IMG/VR virus record: IMGVR_UViG_3300031992_000005
Coordinates: 32,001 to 96,000 of that record
DNA from: a virus
Strand: one strand, 5' to 3'
DNA length: 64,000 nucleotides
This document shows positions 44,632-53,569 of this stretch, one piece after another. The notes beneath the pieces are model-generated. The model saw only the letters and a list, made by a program, of their open reading frames with translations, was not told where the DNA came from and made no database searches. The position numbers and the translations under genes were made by a program. How positions within the stretch are numbered: position 1 is the first letter of the stretch; every line of letters begins with the position of its first letter.

Positions 44632-44846
44632 TGGATATGAATCAGATAACTGAGATTCCAATTGAAGGATATGCTAATTTGTACAAATATAGTTACAGAG
44701 ATATAAACAGTAATGAACACGTTGAATACTGTTTAGGTAAGATTTGTACTGAAAAAAGCCAATTACCTCAACACTATGAGTATGATTGTGAAGCACATAA
44801 ACACCTGGGTGTAGTAAAAGTTACTATTTCAGATATAATCAAATGA
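44631..44846 (+). CDS. hypothetical protein (71 aa)
   Basis: Intact ORF whose start abuts the upstream stop. Confidence 0.5.
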   Translation: MDMNQITEIPIEGYANLYKYSYRDINSNEHVEYCLGKICTEKSQLPQHYEYDCEAHKHLGVVKVTISDIIK

Positions 44847-45082
44847 TCAGTAGAGAAGAAGCTAAGAGACAATGCCTTGAATGGGTAGATAAAGAAATTT
44901 CAGAAAAAGGCGAGGATTCTATATATTGCTTATCTCCTTGTATTGGAAAAAATAGCTGGACTCTAAAAGAATATAGAGATGCAGTTATTAACGATGTACC
45001 AATGGAAGGTTGCATAGACAATCCAATAGACGATTATCTTAACTATATAAAATGGAAGGATGAACATGGACGAGGAAAATAA
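44843..45082 (+). CDS. hypothetical protein (79 aa)
   Basis: ATGA overlap with the upstream gene. Confidence 0.5.
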   Translation: MISREEAKRQCLEWVDKEISEKGEDSIYCLSPCIGKNSWTLKEYRDAVINDVPMEGCIDNPIDDYLNYIKWKDEHGRGK

Positions 45083-45476
45083 GTTATTGAGATTTCTCAG
45101 TATGGCTTTACCTTATGGAGTTTTTTGTATAAACTCCGAAGATGAGAATAGTAAAGCCTATAAGCTAAAATCAATTAATAAGCATAAAGGATTATGGTAT
45201 TATGGGTTTGATGGATTTAGCTGTCTTAAACCATTACCGTATCTCCGCCCATTATCTTCTATGACCGAAGAAGAGCATAGTAACTTATTCAATGCTTATC
45301 ATTACTTAGAGGTGAAAGTAGCAAAGTCAACAGGAGATTACTTAAAAGCGGCTTATATAGGTGATGATGCTAAGTATAAGTGGCTTCTTGAAAATAAGTT
45401 TGACTTTCTAGACTTAATTTCAGATGGATTAGCTATTGAAATTACTGAGGAAAACAATCCGTATAAGAAGTTATGA
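45060..45476 (+). CDS. family A small protein, array copy 1
   Basis: KLLRFLSMALPYGVFC; LPYLRPLSSMTEEE; KWLLENKFDFLDLISDGLAIEITEENNPYKKL. Confidence 0.8.
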   Translation: MNMDEENKLLRFLSMALPYGVFCINSEDENSKAYKLKSINKHKGLWYYGFDGFSCLKPLPYLRPLSSMTEEEHSNLFNAYHYLEVKVAKSTGDYLKAAYIGDDAKYKWLLENKFDFLDLISDGLAIEITEENNPYKKL

Positions 45477-45685
45477 AAACATTTCACTTATTTGGAAAAT
45501 GGCAAGTAACCTTTCTTCATAATATTTACATTAATGAAGATACAAAGAGACTGTCAGAGCTAATAGTTACCCTTATTCCAACTATTCAAATCCTAATAGG
45601 CGGAAAAGGGATAGATGATGAGATATTGATTTCTTGGTTAATATTTACAATACAAGTAGATAATGGCTATTCAAACAGTAAATAA
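45473..45685 (+). CDS. hypothetical protein (70 aa)
   Basis: ATGA overlap with copy 1. No family A motif. Confidence 0.45.
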   Translation: MKTFHLFGKWQVTFLHNIYINEDTKRLSELIVTLIPTIQILIGGKGIDDEILISWLIFTIQVDNGYSNSK

Positions 45686-46064
45686 ATTATGCACCTCAAT
45701 TGGACAATCTAACAACCTGAGATCATTAGGACTTGATATCCATACCGCCGACACTTATTGGTGGTTTTCAGGCGATAAGTTCTATATGGGGACGATGGAT
45801 GATGGTGATTTCGACGAAAAAGCTGATCAACCTTCTTGGAGCTTAGCTGCACTGGAAAAGTTAATTCCGCCAACTATAACTGATGATGAAGGTGAAACTT
45901 ATAAAATTTCTATAACAAAAAATGAACAAAGTAAAAAGTGGACTGCTTGCTATGTAAACAAAGAGCACGATCAGGTCTGCTGTATCTTCTGTGAAGAATC
46001 TCCGGACCTAATAGATGTTTTTTATAACACGGTATGTATGTTACTACTTGCGAAAAAAATATGA
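45663..46064 (+). CDS. family E protein (paralogue of 54153..54575)
   Basis: Shares S.GQSNNLRSLGLDIHTADTY and QPSWSLAALEKLIP with SAEQSKRLVELGIDVNTADM and EPAWSLSALLDLLP. Confidence 0.6.
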   Translation: MAIQTVNKLCTSIGQSNNLRSLGLDIHTADTYWWFSGDKFYMGTMDDGDFDEKADQPSWSLAALEKLIPPTITDDEGETYKISITKNEQSKKWTACYVNKEHDQVCCIFCEESPDLIDVFYNTVCMLLLAKKI

Positions 46065-46432
46065 ATACTGCAGAAGAATTTATAAAAAAGTATCCTGTAG
46101 GTACATTAATTTCATACATAGAAGGAGTACAGTATGTACGATCTGGTGCAAGAACTATCTTCAAAATAGGTAGATATGAACGGCGCACGAATGATCCTTG
46201 GGGATATTATATGTATGGGACCTACTGCGGATTTAACTTTCAAACAACAAGTTATAAGAAAGAATATTCTACATCAGACTTACCAAAGTGGCGATGTATC
46301 ATTTGCGAGACTGACCCCTTCGGTACTTCTTTAGGAATACTATCACATAAATTTAACGACGTTAGACTTGCAAACGACCTTGAAACTAGTATATTCAATG
46401 ACTGCATAACTAACGGAAGAGTAATCTCATGA
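46061..46432 (+). CDS. hypothetical protein (123 aa; start refined)
   Basis: The ATG at 46061 forms an ATGA overlap with the upstream stop (MNTAEEFIKKYPVG...). Confidence 0.55.
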   Translation: MNTAEEFIKKYPVGTLISYIEGVQYVRSGARTIFKIGRYERRTNDPWGYYMYGTYCGFNFQTTSYKKEYSTSDLPKWRCIICETDPFGTSLGILSHKFNDVRLANDLETSIFNDCITNGRVIS

Positions 46433-46863
46433 CTAAACTAGAAAAGCAGTTAATACTTCAGGATCTCTGTTCGAGATTATTATGCGGTGTAGTTTGTAGA
46501 ATCACTTTTACTTACAGTAATGAAACTACATTTGGCGAAGAAGTTGAGAATGAGGTTGATGATACAATTAGTATGATCAACATTAAACGAGAAACAGTTT
46601 TCGCGGACTACTTAGGCCGTGAATTTGATATTGAAAATGTTAAGCCTTATCTTCGTTCAATGGATGATATGACAGAGGAAGAATATAAAGAATATTGGAA
46701 TATTGATAATCGGTCATATTCTTGTCCAATGGTCTGTGCACATATCCCCGCTTCAGAAAGAATAGATTGGCTTAATAAACGTCACTTTGATTACCGTGGA
46801 CTTATTGGAAAATGCCTGGCCATTAAAGTTGATGAAATTAATAATCCTTATGATAAACTATAG
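46429..46863 (+). CDS. family A small protein, array copy 2
   Basis: KQLILQDLCSRLLCGVVC; VKPYLRSMDDMTEEE; IDWLNKRHFDYRGLIGKCLAIKVDEINNPYDKL. Confidence 0.8.
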   Translation: MTKLEKQLILQDLCSRLLCGVVCRITFTYSNETTFGEEVENEVDDTISMINIKRETVFADYLGREFDIENVKPYLRSMDDMTEEEYKEYWNIDNRSYSCPMVCAHIPASERIDWLNKRHFDYRGLIGKCLAIKVDEINNPYDKL

Positions 46864-46879
46864 ACATTCCAAACCTAAG

Positions 46880-47392
46880 ATGACTGAACAGTGTAAGCAG
46901 CTATTACTTCAAGATCTCTGCTCTAGACTACCATATGGTGTAAAAGTGTATAACACAAGCTTCGCAGAGCCGTATCAGGTACAAACATTATTCGGTAGAA
47001 AGTCAGAGGACGAGTTTATTATGAAAGAAACTTATAAATCTTTTGACTTAAATAACCGTCCAACTCGTATAAAAAATTATACTGGATACTTAGATCGTTT
47101 AAAGCCATATCTTCGACCTATGTCAAGTATGACTAAGGAGGAGAAATTGGAATATATATCCATTATAGATGGAACGCGATGGACTACCACCGTAGGTTTA
47201 GAGGAGAAAATAATTCTATCCATTGACTTAGTAGAGTGTAAAGCCGAAGATGGGACACCTGATAATATATACGATATCATTCAAATGACTCCCATTGATT
47301 GGCTACTAGAGAGACATTTTGATATTAGGGGTCTTATCTATAAAGACCTTGCTATTAAAGTGACAGAAGAAAATAATCCTTATAAAATATGA
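46880..47392 (+). CDS. family A small protein, array copy 3 (start refined)
   Basis: ATG at 46880 (MTEQCKQLLLQDLCSRLPYGVKV); LKPYLRPMSSMTKEE; IDWLLERHFDIRGLIYKDLAIKVTEENNPYKI. The track's upstream extension is an out-of-frame read of copy 2. Confidence 0.8.
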   Translation: MTEQCKQLLLQDLCSRLPYGVKVYNTSFAEPYQVQTLFGRKSEDEFIMKETYKSFDLNNRPTRIKNYTGYLDRLKPYLRPMSSMTKEEKLEYISIIDGTRWTTTVGLEEKIILSIDLVECKAEDGTPDNIYDIIQMTPIDWLLERHFDIRGLIYKDLAIKVTEENNPYKI

Positions 47393-47796
47393 CACAGGAA
47401 GAAAAATTGCTTTTATTAAAAAGTCTTTGTGAAATGTTGCCTTATAAGGTGAAAGTAGAAATCATTTCATATGGACAAGAGACTTTGAAACCTTGGTTTG
47501 GGGAGTTATCTTGTAAAGACTTAGATTGTTTTATAGTTGATGTAGCATACAAAAGTGTTAAGCCATACCTCCGTCCGATGTCAAGCATGACTGAGGAAGA
47601 AGAAAAAGAGTATAGGAAGACTCAAATTACAAAATGGATTAAAAGTGTTGATTGTGCAGGTGGAGGATACTATGACCATAGAGACACCTTAAAAACATTT
47701 GATTGGCTAAAAGCTAATCATTTTGATTATAGAGGTTTAATCAAGAGAGGTTTAGCCATTAAGGTAACTGATGAAAATAATCCTTATAAATCATGA
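47389..47796 (+). CDS. family A small protein, array copy 4
   Basis: MTQEEKLLLLKSLCEMLPYKVKV; VKPYLRPMSSMTEEE; FDWLKANHFDYRGLIKRGLAIKVTDENNPYKS. ATGA junction. Confidence 0.85.
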   Translation: MTQEEKLLLLKSLCEMLPYKVKVEIISYGQETLKPWFGELSCKDLDCFIVDVAYKSVKPYLRPMSSMTEEEEKEYRKTQITKWIKSVDCAGGGYYDHRDTLKTFDWLKANHFDYRGLIKRGLAIKVTDENNPYKS

Positions 47797-48134
47797 CTCA
47801 GGAGGAGAAAAAAATTTTGCTCAAAGATCTTTGTGGTAGATTACCTTATGGAACAATTTATGATATTACAATTGGTGGGGTAACCTATGTAAAAGTATCA
47901 TTAAATTCATTTTATTATGGTTTAATTGAAAAAAATTTTAATAATGGGCAATTACAATCAATAGTTCCATATCTTAAAAAAAATGATATGTCATTTGAAC
48001 ATAAAGGTTTTTATTTAGAAAATCTTGATTATGTAATTGATTATTATAACTCTAATCATATTGATTATAGAGGATTTATTGAGAAAGGACTAGCTATTGA
48101 AGTGACTAATGAAAATAATCCATATAAGTTATGA
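47793..48134 (+). CDS. family A small protein, array copy 5 (central anchor degenerate)
   Basis: MTQEEKKILLKDLCGRLPYGTI. The central anchor has decayed to VPYLKKNDMSFEHKG. C-terminal NHIDYRGFIEKGLAIEVTNENNPYKL. ATGA junction. Confidence 0.8.
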   Translation: MTQEEKKILLKDLCGRLPYGTIYDITIGGVTYVKVSLNSFYYGLIEKNFNNGQLQSIVPYLKKNDMSFEHKGFYLENLDYVIDYYNSNHIDYRGFIEKGLAIEVTNENNPYKL

Positions 48135-48532
48135 CACAAGAAAGTAAAGAACTGATTTTAAAGGATATATGCGGGAGACTCCCTTATGGAACAATTGTTC
48201 AAATATCTCTTTATAGAAATGATGAAAAAAGAAGTGATATTGAATTAGATCCTCATGTAACGGAGAATATTTGGGAAATAATTGATAAATATCATGCGCT
48301 TCCCTATCTACGTCCAATGTCAAGCATGACGGAGGAAGAAAAGATAATACAAAAAACATATATTTATCATTTTTCAGGAAATAATCTTCCTAATTATGAA
48401 GGTGATTTTGTATTTGAAGATGAAGTACATGAATACATTGATTGGCTAAACGCTAATCACTTCGACTATAGAGGCCTTATCGGAAAAGGACTTGCAATCG
48501 AAGTAACGGAAAGTAATAATCCTTATGAATAA
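48131..48532 (+). CDS. family A small protein, array copy 6
   Basis: MTQESKELILKDICGRLPYGTIV; LPYLRPMSSMTEEE; IDWLNANHFDYRGLIGKGLAIEVTESNNPYE. ATGA junction. Confidence 0.85.
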   Translation: MTQESKELILKDICGRLPYGTIVQISLYRNDEKRSDIELDPHVTENIWEIIDKYHALPYLRPMSSMTEEEKIIQKTYIYHFSGNNLPNYEGDFVFEDEVHEYIDWLNANHFDYRGLIGKGLAIEVTESNNPYE

Positions 48533-48953
48533 TATAATGCAGGAAGATAAAAAAATACTTCTCCAGGATCTTTGTGCAAGATTACCGTATGGAGTAAAAA
48601 TAACAGATGGTTTGAATGTAATCAAAGCAGACCCATTTATCAGTATTGGTGTATTTGTTTATGATGGTAAGTGGAAACCCTATCTCCGTCCAATGTCAAG
48701 TATGACGGAGGAAGAGTATGAAACACTGAAGTCTTTAAGTACTATCTATATTCCCACTGATAGTAGAAATATAGGATTTGAAGATTACGGTATACTAGTA
48801 TTTACGCACCATCTCACCAATAATACTTATAGTTTCAAATTAAACATAAAAGTAATTGATTGGCTTCTTGAAAATCATTTTGATTACAGAGGTCTTATTG
48901 AGAAAGGCCTTGCTATAAAAGTGACAGAAGAAAATAATCCATATAAGTTATGA
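48525..48953 (+). CDS. family A small protein, array copy 7
   Basis: KKILLQDLCARLPYGVKI; WKPYLRPMSSMTEEE; IDWLLENHFDYRGLIEKGLAIKVTEENNPYKL. Confidence 0.85.
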   Translation: MNNIMQEDKKILLQDLCARLPYGVKITDGLNVIKADPFISIGVFVYDGKWKPYLRPMSSMTEEEYETLKSLSTIYIPTDSRNIGFEDYGILVFTHHLTNNTYSFKLNIKVIDWLLENHFDYRGLIEKGLAIKVTEENNPYKL

Positions 48954-49417
48954 CAGAACAGGATAAAAAATTACTCTTAATAGATCTCAGTGCAAGGTTT
49001 CCATATGGAGTCATTGTTAGGCATGCAGATCATTTAGTTGACTCCGATGGTAATTATACTGGACAATTTTGGTATAAACGAGGTTATCTATATGATATTT
49101 GTAGGATAGATAATATAACAACTACAATTATCGAAAGTGAAGGTAGCGATGAAGAAGGTAATGAGCATATTTGTGACCTAGAAAGATCTCTGCCTTATCT
49201 CCGCCCAATGTCAAGTATGACGGAGGAAGAGATAAAAGAATTTTATAAAATTGAAAATATAATACCAAAGATGGGATATATTTGCCCGTCAAAAGATTGG
49301 CATTTTACTACCAATGGTTTTGATTGGCTTAATGCTAATCACTTCGACTACAGGGGTCTTATTGAGAAAGGACTTGCTATTGAGGTAACTGATAAAGATA
49401 ATCCATACATATTATGA
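48950..49417 (+). CDS. family A small protein, array copy 8
   Basis: MTEQDKKLLLIDLSARFPYGVIV; LPYLRPMSSMTEEE; FDWLNANHFDYRGLIEKGLAIEVTDKDNPYIL. ATGA junction. Confidence 0.85.
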   Translation: MTEQDKKLLLIDLSARFPYGVIVRHADHLVDSDGNYTGQFWYKRGYLYDICRIDNITTTIIESEGSDEEGNEHICDLERSLPYLRPMSSMTEEEIKEFYKIENIIPKMGYICPSKDWHFTTNGFDWLNANHFDYRGLIEKGLAIEVTDKDNPYIL

Positions 49418-49557
49418 CAAAATATTTAATTATTTTAAATCCAGTAGATGGAATATATCAAGTTGATATTGATTTATATGATTCAGAAGAAGCTGCTCGA
49501 CTTAATTCCTTAATTGATGAAGAAGATATTTATAAAATAATTCCAATAGAATTTTAA
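49414..49557 (+). CDS. hypothetical acidic miniprotein (47 aa)
   Basis: Hand translation gives MTKYLIILNPVDGIYQVDIDLYDSEEAARLNSLIDEEDIYKIIPIEF. ATGA overlap with copy 8. Confidence 0.4.
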   Translation: MTKYLIILNPVDGIYQVDIDLYDSEEAARLNSLIDEEDIYKIIPIEF

Positions 49558-49560
49558 AAC

Positions 49561-50040
49561 ATGACAAAAGTCAGGATAGAACAAGATAAAAATTTACTAT
49601 ATCAAGACATTTGTGCAAGATTGCCTTACGGTGTGATAGGGCAAATTAGCATAGAAGTACTTGACGGAACCTATGATATAAATAGCGGACACCTTGAATA
49701 TAAAGATGTTGATGTAGATGTTGAATTACTTGGTATACAAGAGGAAGAGATAATCTTTTCGACGATTAATGAAACATATGACGTAAATACATGTACATAT
49801 TTAGACTTTACTCCATATCTCCGTTCGATGTCTAGTATGACTGAGAAAGAGAAGGAAGAGTATTGTAATCTACAATGTATGTTTCTTTATAGCAGCCAGT
49901 ATCCAGTAACAGAAGCTCATAAACTGTTTGATTGGCTTCTTGAGAATCATTTTGATTATCGTGGCCTTATTGAAAAAGGTCTTGCCATTGAAGTTAATGA
50001 AAGTAATAATCCGTATAAAGAGTATGATACAAGAAAGTAA
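49561..50040 (+). CDS. family A small protein, array copy 9
   Basis: KNLLYQDICARLPYGVIG; FTPYLRSMSSMTEKE; FDWLLENHFDYRGLIEKGLAIEVNESNNPYKEYDTRK. Confidence 0.85.
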   Translation: MTKVRIEQDKNLLYQDICARLPYGVIGQISIEVLDGTYDINSGHLEYKDVDVDVELLGIQEEEIIFSTINETYDVNTCTYLDFTPYLRSMSSMTEKEKEEYCNLQCMFLYSSQYPVTEAHKLFDWLLENHFDYRGLIEKGLAIEVNESNNPYKEYDTRK

Positions 50041-50413
50041 AAAATTACTAATTCAAAACCTTTGTGCAATGTTACCTTATGGAGTAATGTGCCAAGTAGA
50101 CGTTGGATGCGCGGGTTTAGATGATGGAAAATTAGAAGAGATTGATATTCCAGAGGAGCGTGTGAGATTTGCTGATGATGGTTATTGGGATGCAGATATA
50201 GAAGATGTTAAACCTTATCTTCGTCCAATGTCTAGTATGACAGAGGAAGAGAAGAAAGAGTACCATAAGTTATGCGATAATTACTATGACGTATACTTTG
50301 ATAGTGTTGCTAGCCTGGACTGGCTCAATGCTCATCATTTTGACTACAGGGGCCTTATTGAAAAAGGTCTCGCTATTGAAGTTAATGAAAGTAACAATCC
50401 TTATAAATTATGA
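50024..50413 (+). CDS. family A small protein, array copy 10 (start refined)
   Basis: ATG at 50024 (MIQESKKLLIQNLCAMLPYGVMC); VKPYLRPMSSMTEEE; LDWLNAHHFDYRGLIEKGLAIEVNESNNPYKL. Confidence 0.85.
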   Translation: MIQESKKLLIQNLCAMLPYGVMCQVDVGCAGLDDGKLEEIDIPEERVRFADDGYWDADIEDVKPYLRPMSSMTEEEKKEYHKLCDNYYDVYFDSVASLDWLNAHHFDYRGLIEKGLAIEVNESNNPYKL

Positions 50414-50505
50414 AAGACAAAGAAAAAAAATGTTATTGTTATCCCTTCATCTTATATGAGAGATTATGATAATAACAGAGAGGAAATCTTCAAATTAGGG
50501 AAGAA

Positions 50506-50856
50506 ATGGCTACAAAACAAGCCATTGCCGAAGATTATGACCTAGACAATATCATCACTAATGACATGGGTGAGATATGGCATGAGGTTGGTGGTCAGGA
50601 TGGCATGTACGATAATTTCCCAATCAAGAGGGTGTATCGTGACAATGGAACTGTCAGAGTATATGCTATTGATAGTGGAGGTGGAGTTGCCATTATTGCA
50701 GGGAAAAATCAGTTTCAGATTCTTACACTTGGAGAAGATGACGGCTGGCACTTTCTTAATTCACGTAGAATATATGAAACATTCTATGGTAGTAAAACGG
50801 ACTTTGTTTATCTGATTTCAGAAGCATTGTCTTTATTTAATAATATCGAATTATAA
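50506..50856 (+). CDS. hypothetical protein (116 aa), not family A
   Basis: Intact ORF with no family A anchors. Confidence 0.55.
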   Translation: MATKQAIAEDYDLDNIITNDMGEIWHEVGGQDGMYDNFPIKRVYRDNGTVRVYAIDSGGGVAIIAGKNQFQILTLGEDDGWHFLNSRRIYETFYGSKTDFVYLISEALSLFNNIEL

Positions 50857-50879
50857 AAAATACGAATTAGAAAATCAAT

Positions 50880-51038
50880 ATGAAAAAAGTATTAATCAGT
50901 ATTTATCATTTTTTCTTCAAGAGGAAAAGATGCAAACATTGTGGGTGTGAATTACATAAATATAACACTTACAAGAATGGTTGGAAAGACTATTGCTGTG
51001 ATTGTGAAGACTTTTGTAGATATACTGGTAATTTATAA
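50880..51038 (+). CDS. Cys-rich miniprotein (52 aa)
   Basis: Hand translation gives MKKVLISIYHFFFKRKRCKHCGCELHKYNTYKNGWKDYCCDCEDFCRYTGNL, with 7 Cys and CxxC-type spacing. Confidence 0.4.
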   Translation: MKKVLISIYHFFFKRKRCKHCGCELHKYNTYKNGWKDYCCDCEDFCRYTGNL

Positions 51039-51043
51039 TAACA

Positions 51044-51337
51044 ATGAAAACAATTAAAACTCCTAAATACAAGCATTCTAATAATGGAACACCTTATGAA
51101 CATTTAGGGAATAAGGATGAAAGAAAAGAAGCAAGAAAATTTGTTAAATCATTGAGGCACAAATTATTGCTTAATATTCCATTGTCTGACGCTGAAAAAA
51201 GTATTGTAGAAGAGTTTGAAATCACAAAAGATTATAAACTCGATACAAATCACGACGTAATTATCTACAGAGAATTTAAAAATTACGATAATGAAAGGTG
51301 GGTTAATGAAGATGAAATTTATAATTCTAAGAATTAA
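51044..51337 (+). CDS. hypothetical protein (97 aa)
   Basis: Intact ORF. No motif recognised. Confidence 0.5.
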   Translation: MKTIKTPKYKHSNNGTPYEHLGNKDERKEARKFVKSLRHKLLLNIPLSDAEKSIVEEFEITKDYKLDTNHDVIIYREFKNYDNERWVNEDEIYNSKN

Positions 51338-51345
51338 TAAAGGTT

Positions 51346-51786
51346 ATGTACGACGAAAAATTTATAGATGTTTTTAACGAACATTATCCATTTGAAAGAT
51401 ATATCGTTAAGACTCCAAAAGCAGTGGGATTGCTATTTGACGACGCATTATTAACTGAAATATTTATTCCAGATGCTGAGGAAAAAGCTAATCGTCCTTA
51501 CCTAAATAAAGACAAAATTAGCATAAAAATACAAGGTCCTGCTGGGGAAATGAGATTCTGGTTCTATGACTTCGAAGAACATATTCGCCTAAATATTATT
51601 AGAATTATAATAGAGGATATTGGAGATTATCAATATGAGTGTTTATATATTGATAACGAAGATATGGAACCGTTAATAGATGAACTCAAAACTCAAAAGT
51701 CATTAATAGAAAAGAAATATAATATTTGTAAAATAAAACAAAACCTAGTAGACAAAAGTTTTGCAGACGAATCAATCTATAAATAA
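51346..51786 (+). CDS. hypothetical protein (146 aa)
   Basis: Intact ORF. No motif recognised. Confidence 0.55.
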   Translation: MYDEKFIDVFNEHYPFERYIVKTPKAVGLLFDDALLTEIFIPDAEEKANRPYLNKDKISIKIQGPAGEMRFWFYDFEEHIRLNIIRIIIEDIGDYQYECLYIDNEDMEPLIDELKTQKSLIEKKYNICKIKQNLVDKSFADESIYK

Positions 51787-51788
51787 CT

Positions 51789-52250
51789 ATGACTCAAACC
51801 AAATTAACCGAACAAGGTAAGCAGTTACTCTTAATGGATCTCTGTGCGAGGTTGCCTTATGGAGTAATGTGCGATATGGGATTAAAACATCCATTGCAAT
51901 TACAAAGAATTCTTGTGGATAAACTTGATGGTAATTTACTGGATTTTTATGAAGATGGTAATGATTATCAAGTATATTTAAGTGAAGTTAAGCCATATCT
52001 CCGTTCAATGTCAAGTATGACAAAGGAAGAAAGTATAGAATTACAAACGATTCTAAATGATTGGTGGAATAAAGAGCTTTTTACATTAACAGAAGAACCA
52101 ATGATAGAATATGCATTGTCTTCTATTAATTATACTCTTAATCCTACATTGTTTGATTGGCTTAATAAGAAACATTTTGATTATCGTGGGCTTATTAAAA
52201 AAGGCCTTGCTATAAAAGTAACGGAAGAGAATAATCCTTATAAACTATGA
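51789..52250 (+). CDS. family A small protein, array copy 11
   Basis: GKQLLLMDLCARLPYGVMC; VKPYLRSMSSMTKEE; FDWLNKKHFDYRGLIKKGLAIKVTEENNPYKL. Confidence 0.85.
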   Translation: MTQTKLTEQGKQLLLMDLCARLPYGVMCDMGLKHPLQLQRILVDKLDGNLLDFYEDGNDYQVYLSEVKPYLRSMSSMTKEESIELQTILNDWWNKELFTLTEEPMIEYALSSINYTLNPTLFDWLNKKHFDYRGLIKKGLAIKVTEENNPYKL

Positions 52251-52675
52251 CAGAACAAGGTAAGCAGTTACTCTTGATAGATCTTTGTGCAAGATTACCT
52301 TATGGAGTAAAAGTATGGTATAAATATGGTGCATGGTTTTCTGAAAAGTTTGCAACATCAATAAGATTGGCTGATGAAAAAATTGCCCTTTCCTCTAAAT
52401 TCAATAAAGAAGGCGATTGGTTTCCCATCGAAGAAGCAGGGAAAATTCTAATTAAACCTTATCTCCGTCCGATGTCAAGTATGACTGAGGAAGAAAAAGT
52501 TCAATTATCTCAATATGCTTGCATTGGAGAAGATTTAAATGGAGAATTTATAGACGAAGTACAAAGAAAGGATTGTGCGCCATATATTGATTGGCTCAAT
52601 AAACACCACTTTGACTATCATGGGTTGATTGAGAAGGGTTTAGCGTTAGAAGCACCAAAAGGAATGTATAACTAA
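52247..52675 (+). CDS. family A small protein, array copy 12
   Basis: MTEQGKQLLLIDLCARLPYGVKV; IKPYLRPMSSMTEEE; IDWLNKHHFDYHGLIEKGLALEAPKGMYN. ATGA junction. Confidence 0.85.
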   Translation: MTEQGKQLLLIDLCARLPYGVKVWYKYGAWFSEKFATSIRLADEKIALSSKFNKEGDWFPIEEAGKILIKPYLRPMSSMTEEEKVQLSQYACIGEDLNGEFIDEVQRKDCAPYIDWLNKHHFDYHGLIEKGLALEAPKGMYN

Positions 52676-52688
52676 AACTTACAAAAAG

Positions 52689-52805
52689 ATGCCTTATATA
52701 TATTTTCCTATTGAATTTTCTTCTTATGTAGATTATGTTAAATACCTAAAAGAAAAAAGTTTCGCTATTGACGTAACAGATGTAATTAACTCATATAAGT
52801 TATGA
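52689..52805 (+). pseudogene. relic of a family A C-terminus (38 codons)
   Basis: Hand translation ends ...KSFAIDVTDVINSYKL-stop, a decayed GLAIEVTEENNPYKL anchor that still keeps the ATGA junction to copy 13. Confidence 0.5.
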
Positions 52806-53248
52806 CAGAAGAAGAAAAAGAAATATTGTTAAAAGACCTTTGTGGTAGATTACATTATAGAGTCCTTGTTAGTTACAAAGGCTTAATATACCCACTATTC
52901 AGTGTTGTCCCTACACAACATTTTCAAATCACGCTTGATAGTAGTAAATATTGTGGATTAGTGCATATCAGTCTTGATGATGATGGTGAAAAGCCAAAAC
53001 CTTATCTTCGTCCGATGTCAAGTATGACTGAGGAAGAGAAGAGGGAATATTTCTCATTTATTGGTGGTGTGAGACCATTTGACTGTGATTTTTCTGCATA
53101 TCCGATAGAGTACAAATTCGTTTATGAACATGATATAAATAGTTATATTGATTGGCTCAACAAACACCACTTTGACTATCGTGGATTAATTGAAAAAGGC
53201 CTCGCCATTGAAGCACTAGAAGGAATGTATAATTTAAAAATGGAATAA
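52802..53248 (+). CDS. family A small protein, array copy 13
   Basis: MTEEEKEILLKDLCGRLHYRVLV; PKPYLRPMSSMTEEE; IDWLNKHHFDYRGLIEKGLAIEALEGMYN. Confidence 0.85.
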   Translation: MTEEEKEILLKDLCGRLHYRVLVSYKGLIYPLFSVVPTQHFQITLDSSKYCGLVHISLDDDGEKPKPYLRPMSSMTEEEKREYFSFIGGVRPFDCDFSAYPIEYKFVYEHDINSYIDWLNKHHFDYRGLIEKGLAIEALEGMYNLKME

Positions 53249-53252
53249 AATT

Positions 53253-53405
53253 ATGACTGTTCAAATAAATAAACCAAGATGGAAAAATAAAGAGTGGACG
53301 TTTAATTTAATTCCATATTTGTCAATAACAAAAATCTCTAACTTAGTTATTGCAATTAACATTGGATGGCTATTTTGGGGAATAACAATTAGTAATAATT
53401 TCTAA
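53253..53405 (+). CDS. small membrane miniprotein (50 aa)
   Basis: Hand translation gives MTVQINKPRWKNKEWTFNLIPYLSITKISNLVIAINIGWLFWGITISNNF. Confidence 0.35.
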   Translation: MTVQINKPRWKNKEWTFNLIPYLSITKISNLVIAINIGWLFWGITISNNF

Positions 53406-53411
53406 ATAATC

Positions 53412-53567
53412 ATGGAACAGAAAAGCAAAGAATTACTATTAAACCTTCTTTCAGAATTAAATGAGAAAGGTTTATTATATATCTATGACAAGGATGAATC
53501 AAATTACTCAATGGATTGGGTATTTTTCGACGGAGAAAAATTATGCATAAAAATTGAGAAAATCTAG
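53412..53567 (+). CDS. hypothetical miniprotein (51 aa)
   Basis: Hand translation gives MEQKSKELLLNLLSELNEKGLLYIYDKDESNYSMDWVFFDGEKLCIKIEKI. Confidence 0.35.
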   Translation: MEQKSKELLLNLLSELNEKGLLYIYDKDESNYSMDWVFFDGEKLCIKIEKI

Positions 53568-53569
53568 TC

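Noticed and set aside
46787-50023. Long N-terminal extensions of array copies 3 and 10 in the ORF track (from 46787 and 49928).
   Set aside because: The extensions are out-of-frame readings of the preceding copy's conserved C-terminus. The family-typical starts MTEQ (46880) and MIQES (50024) fit all other copies.
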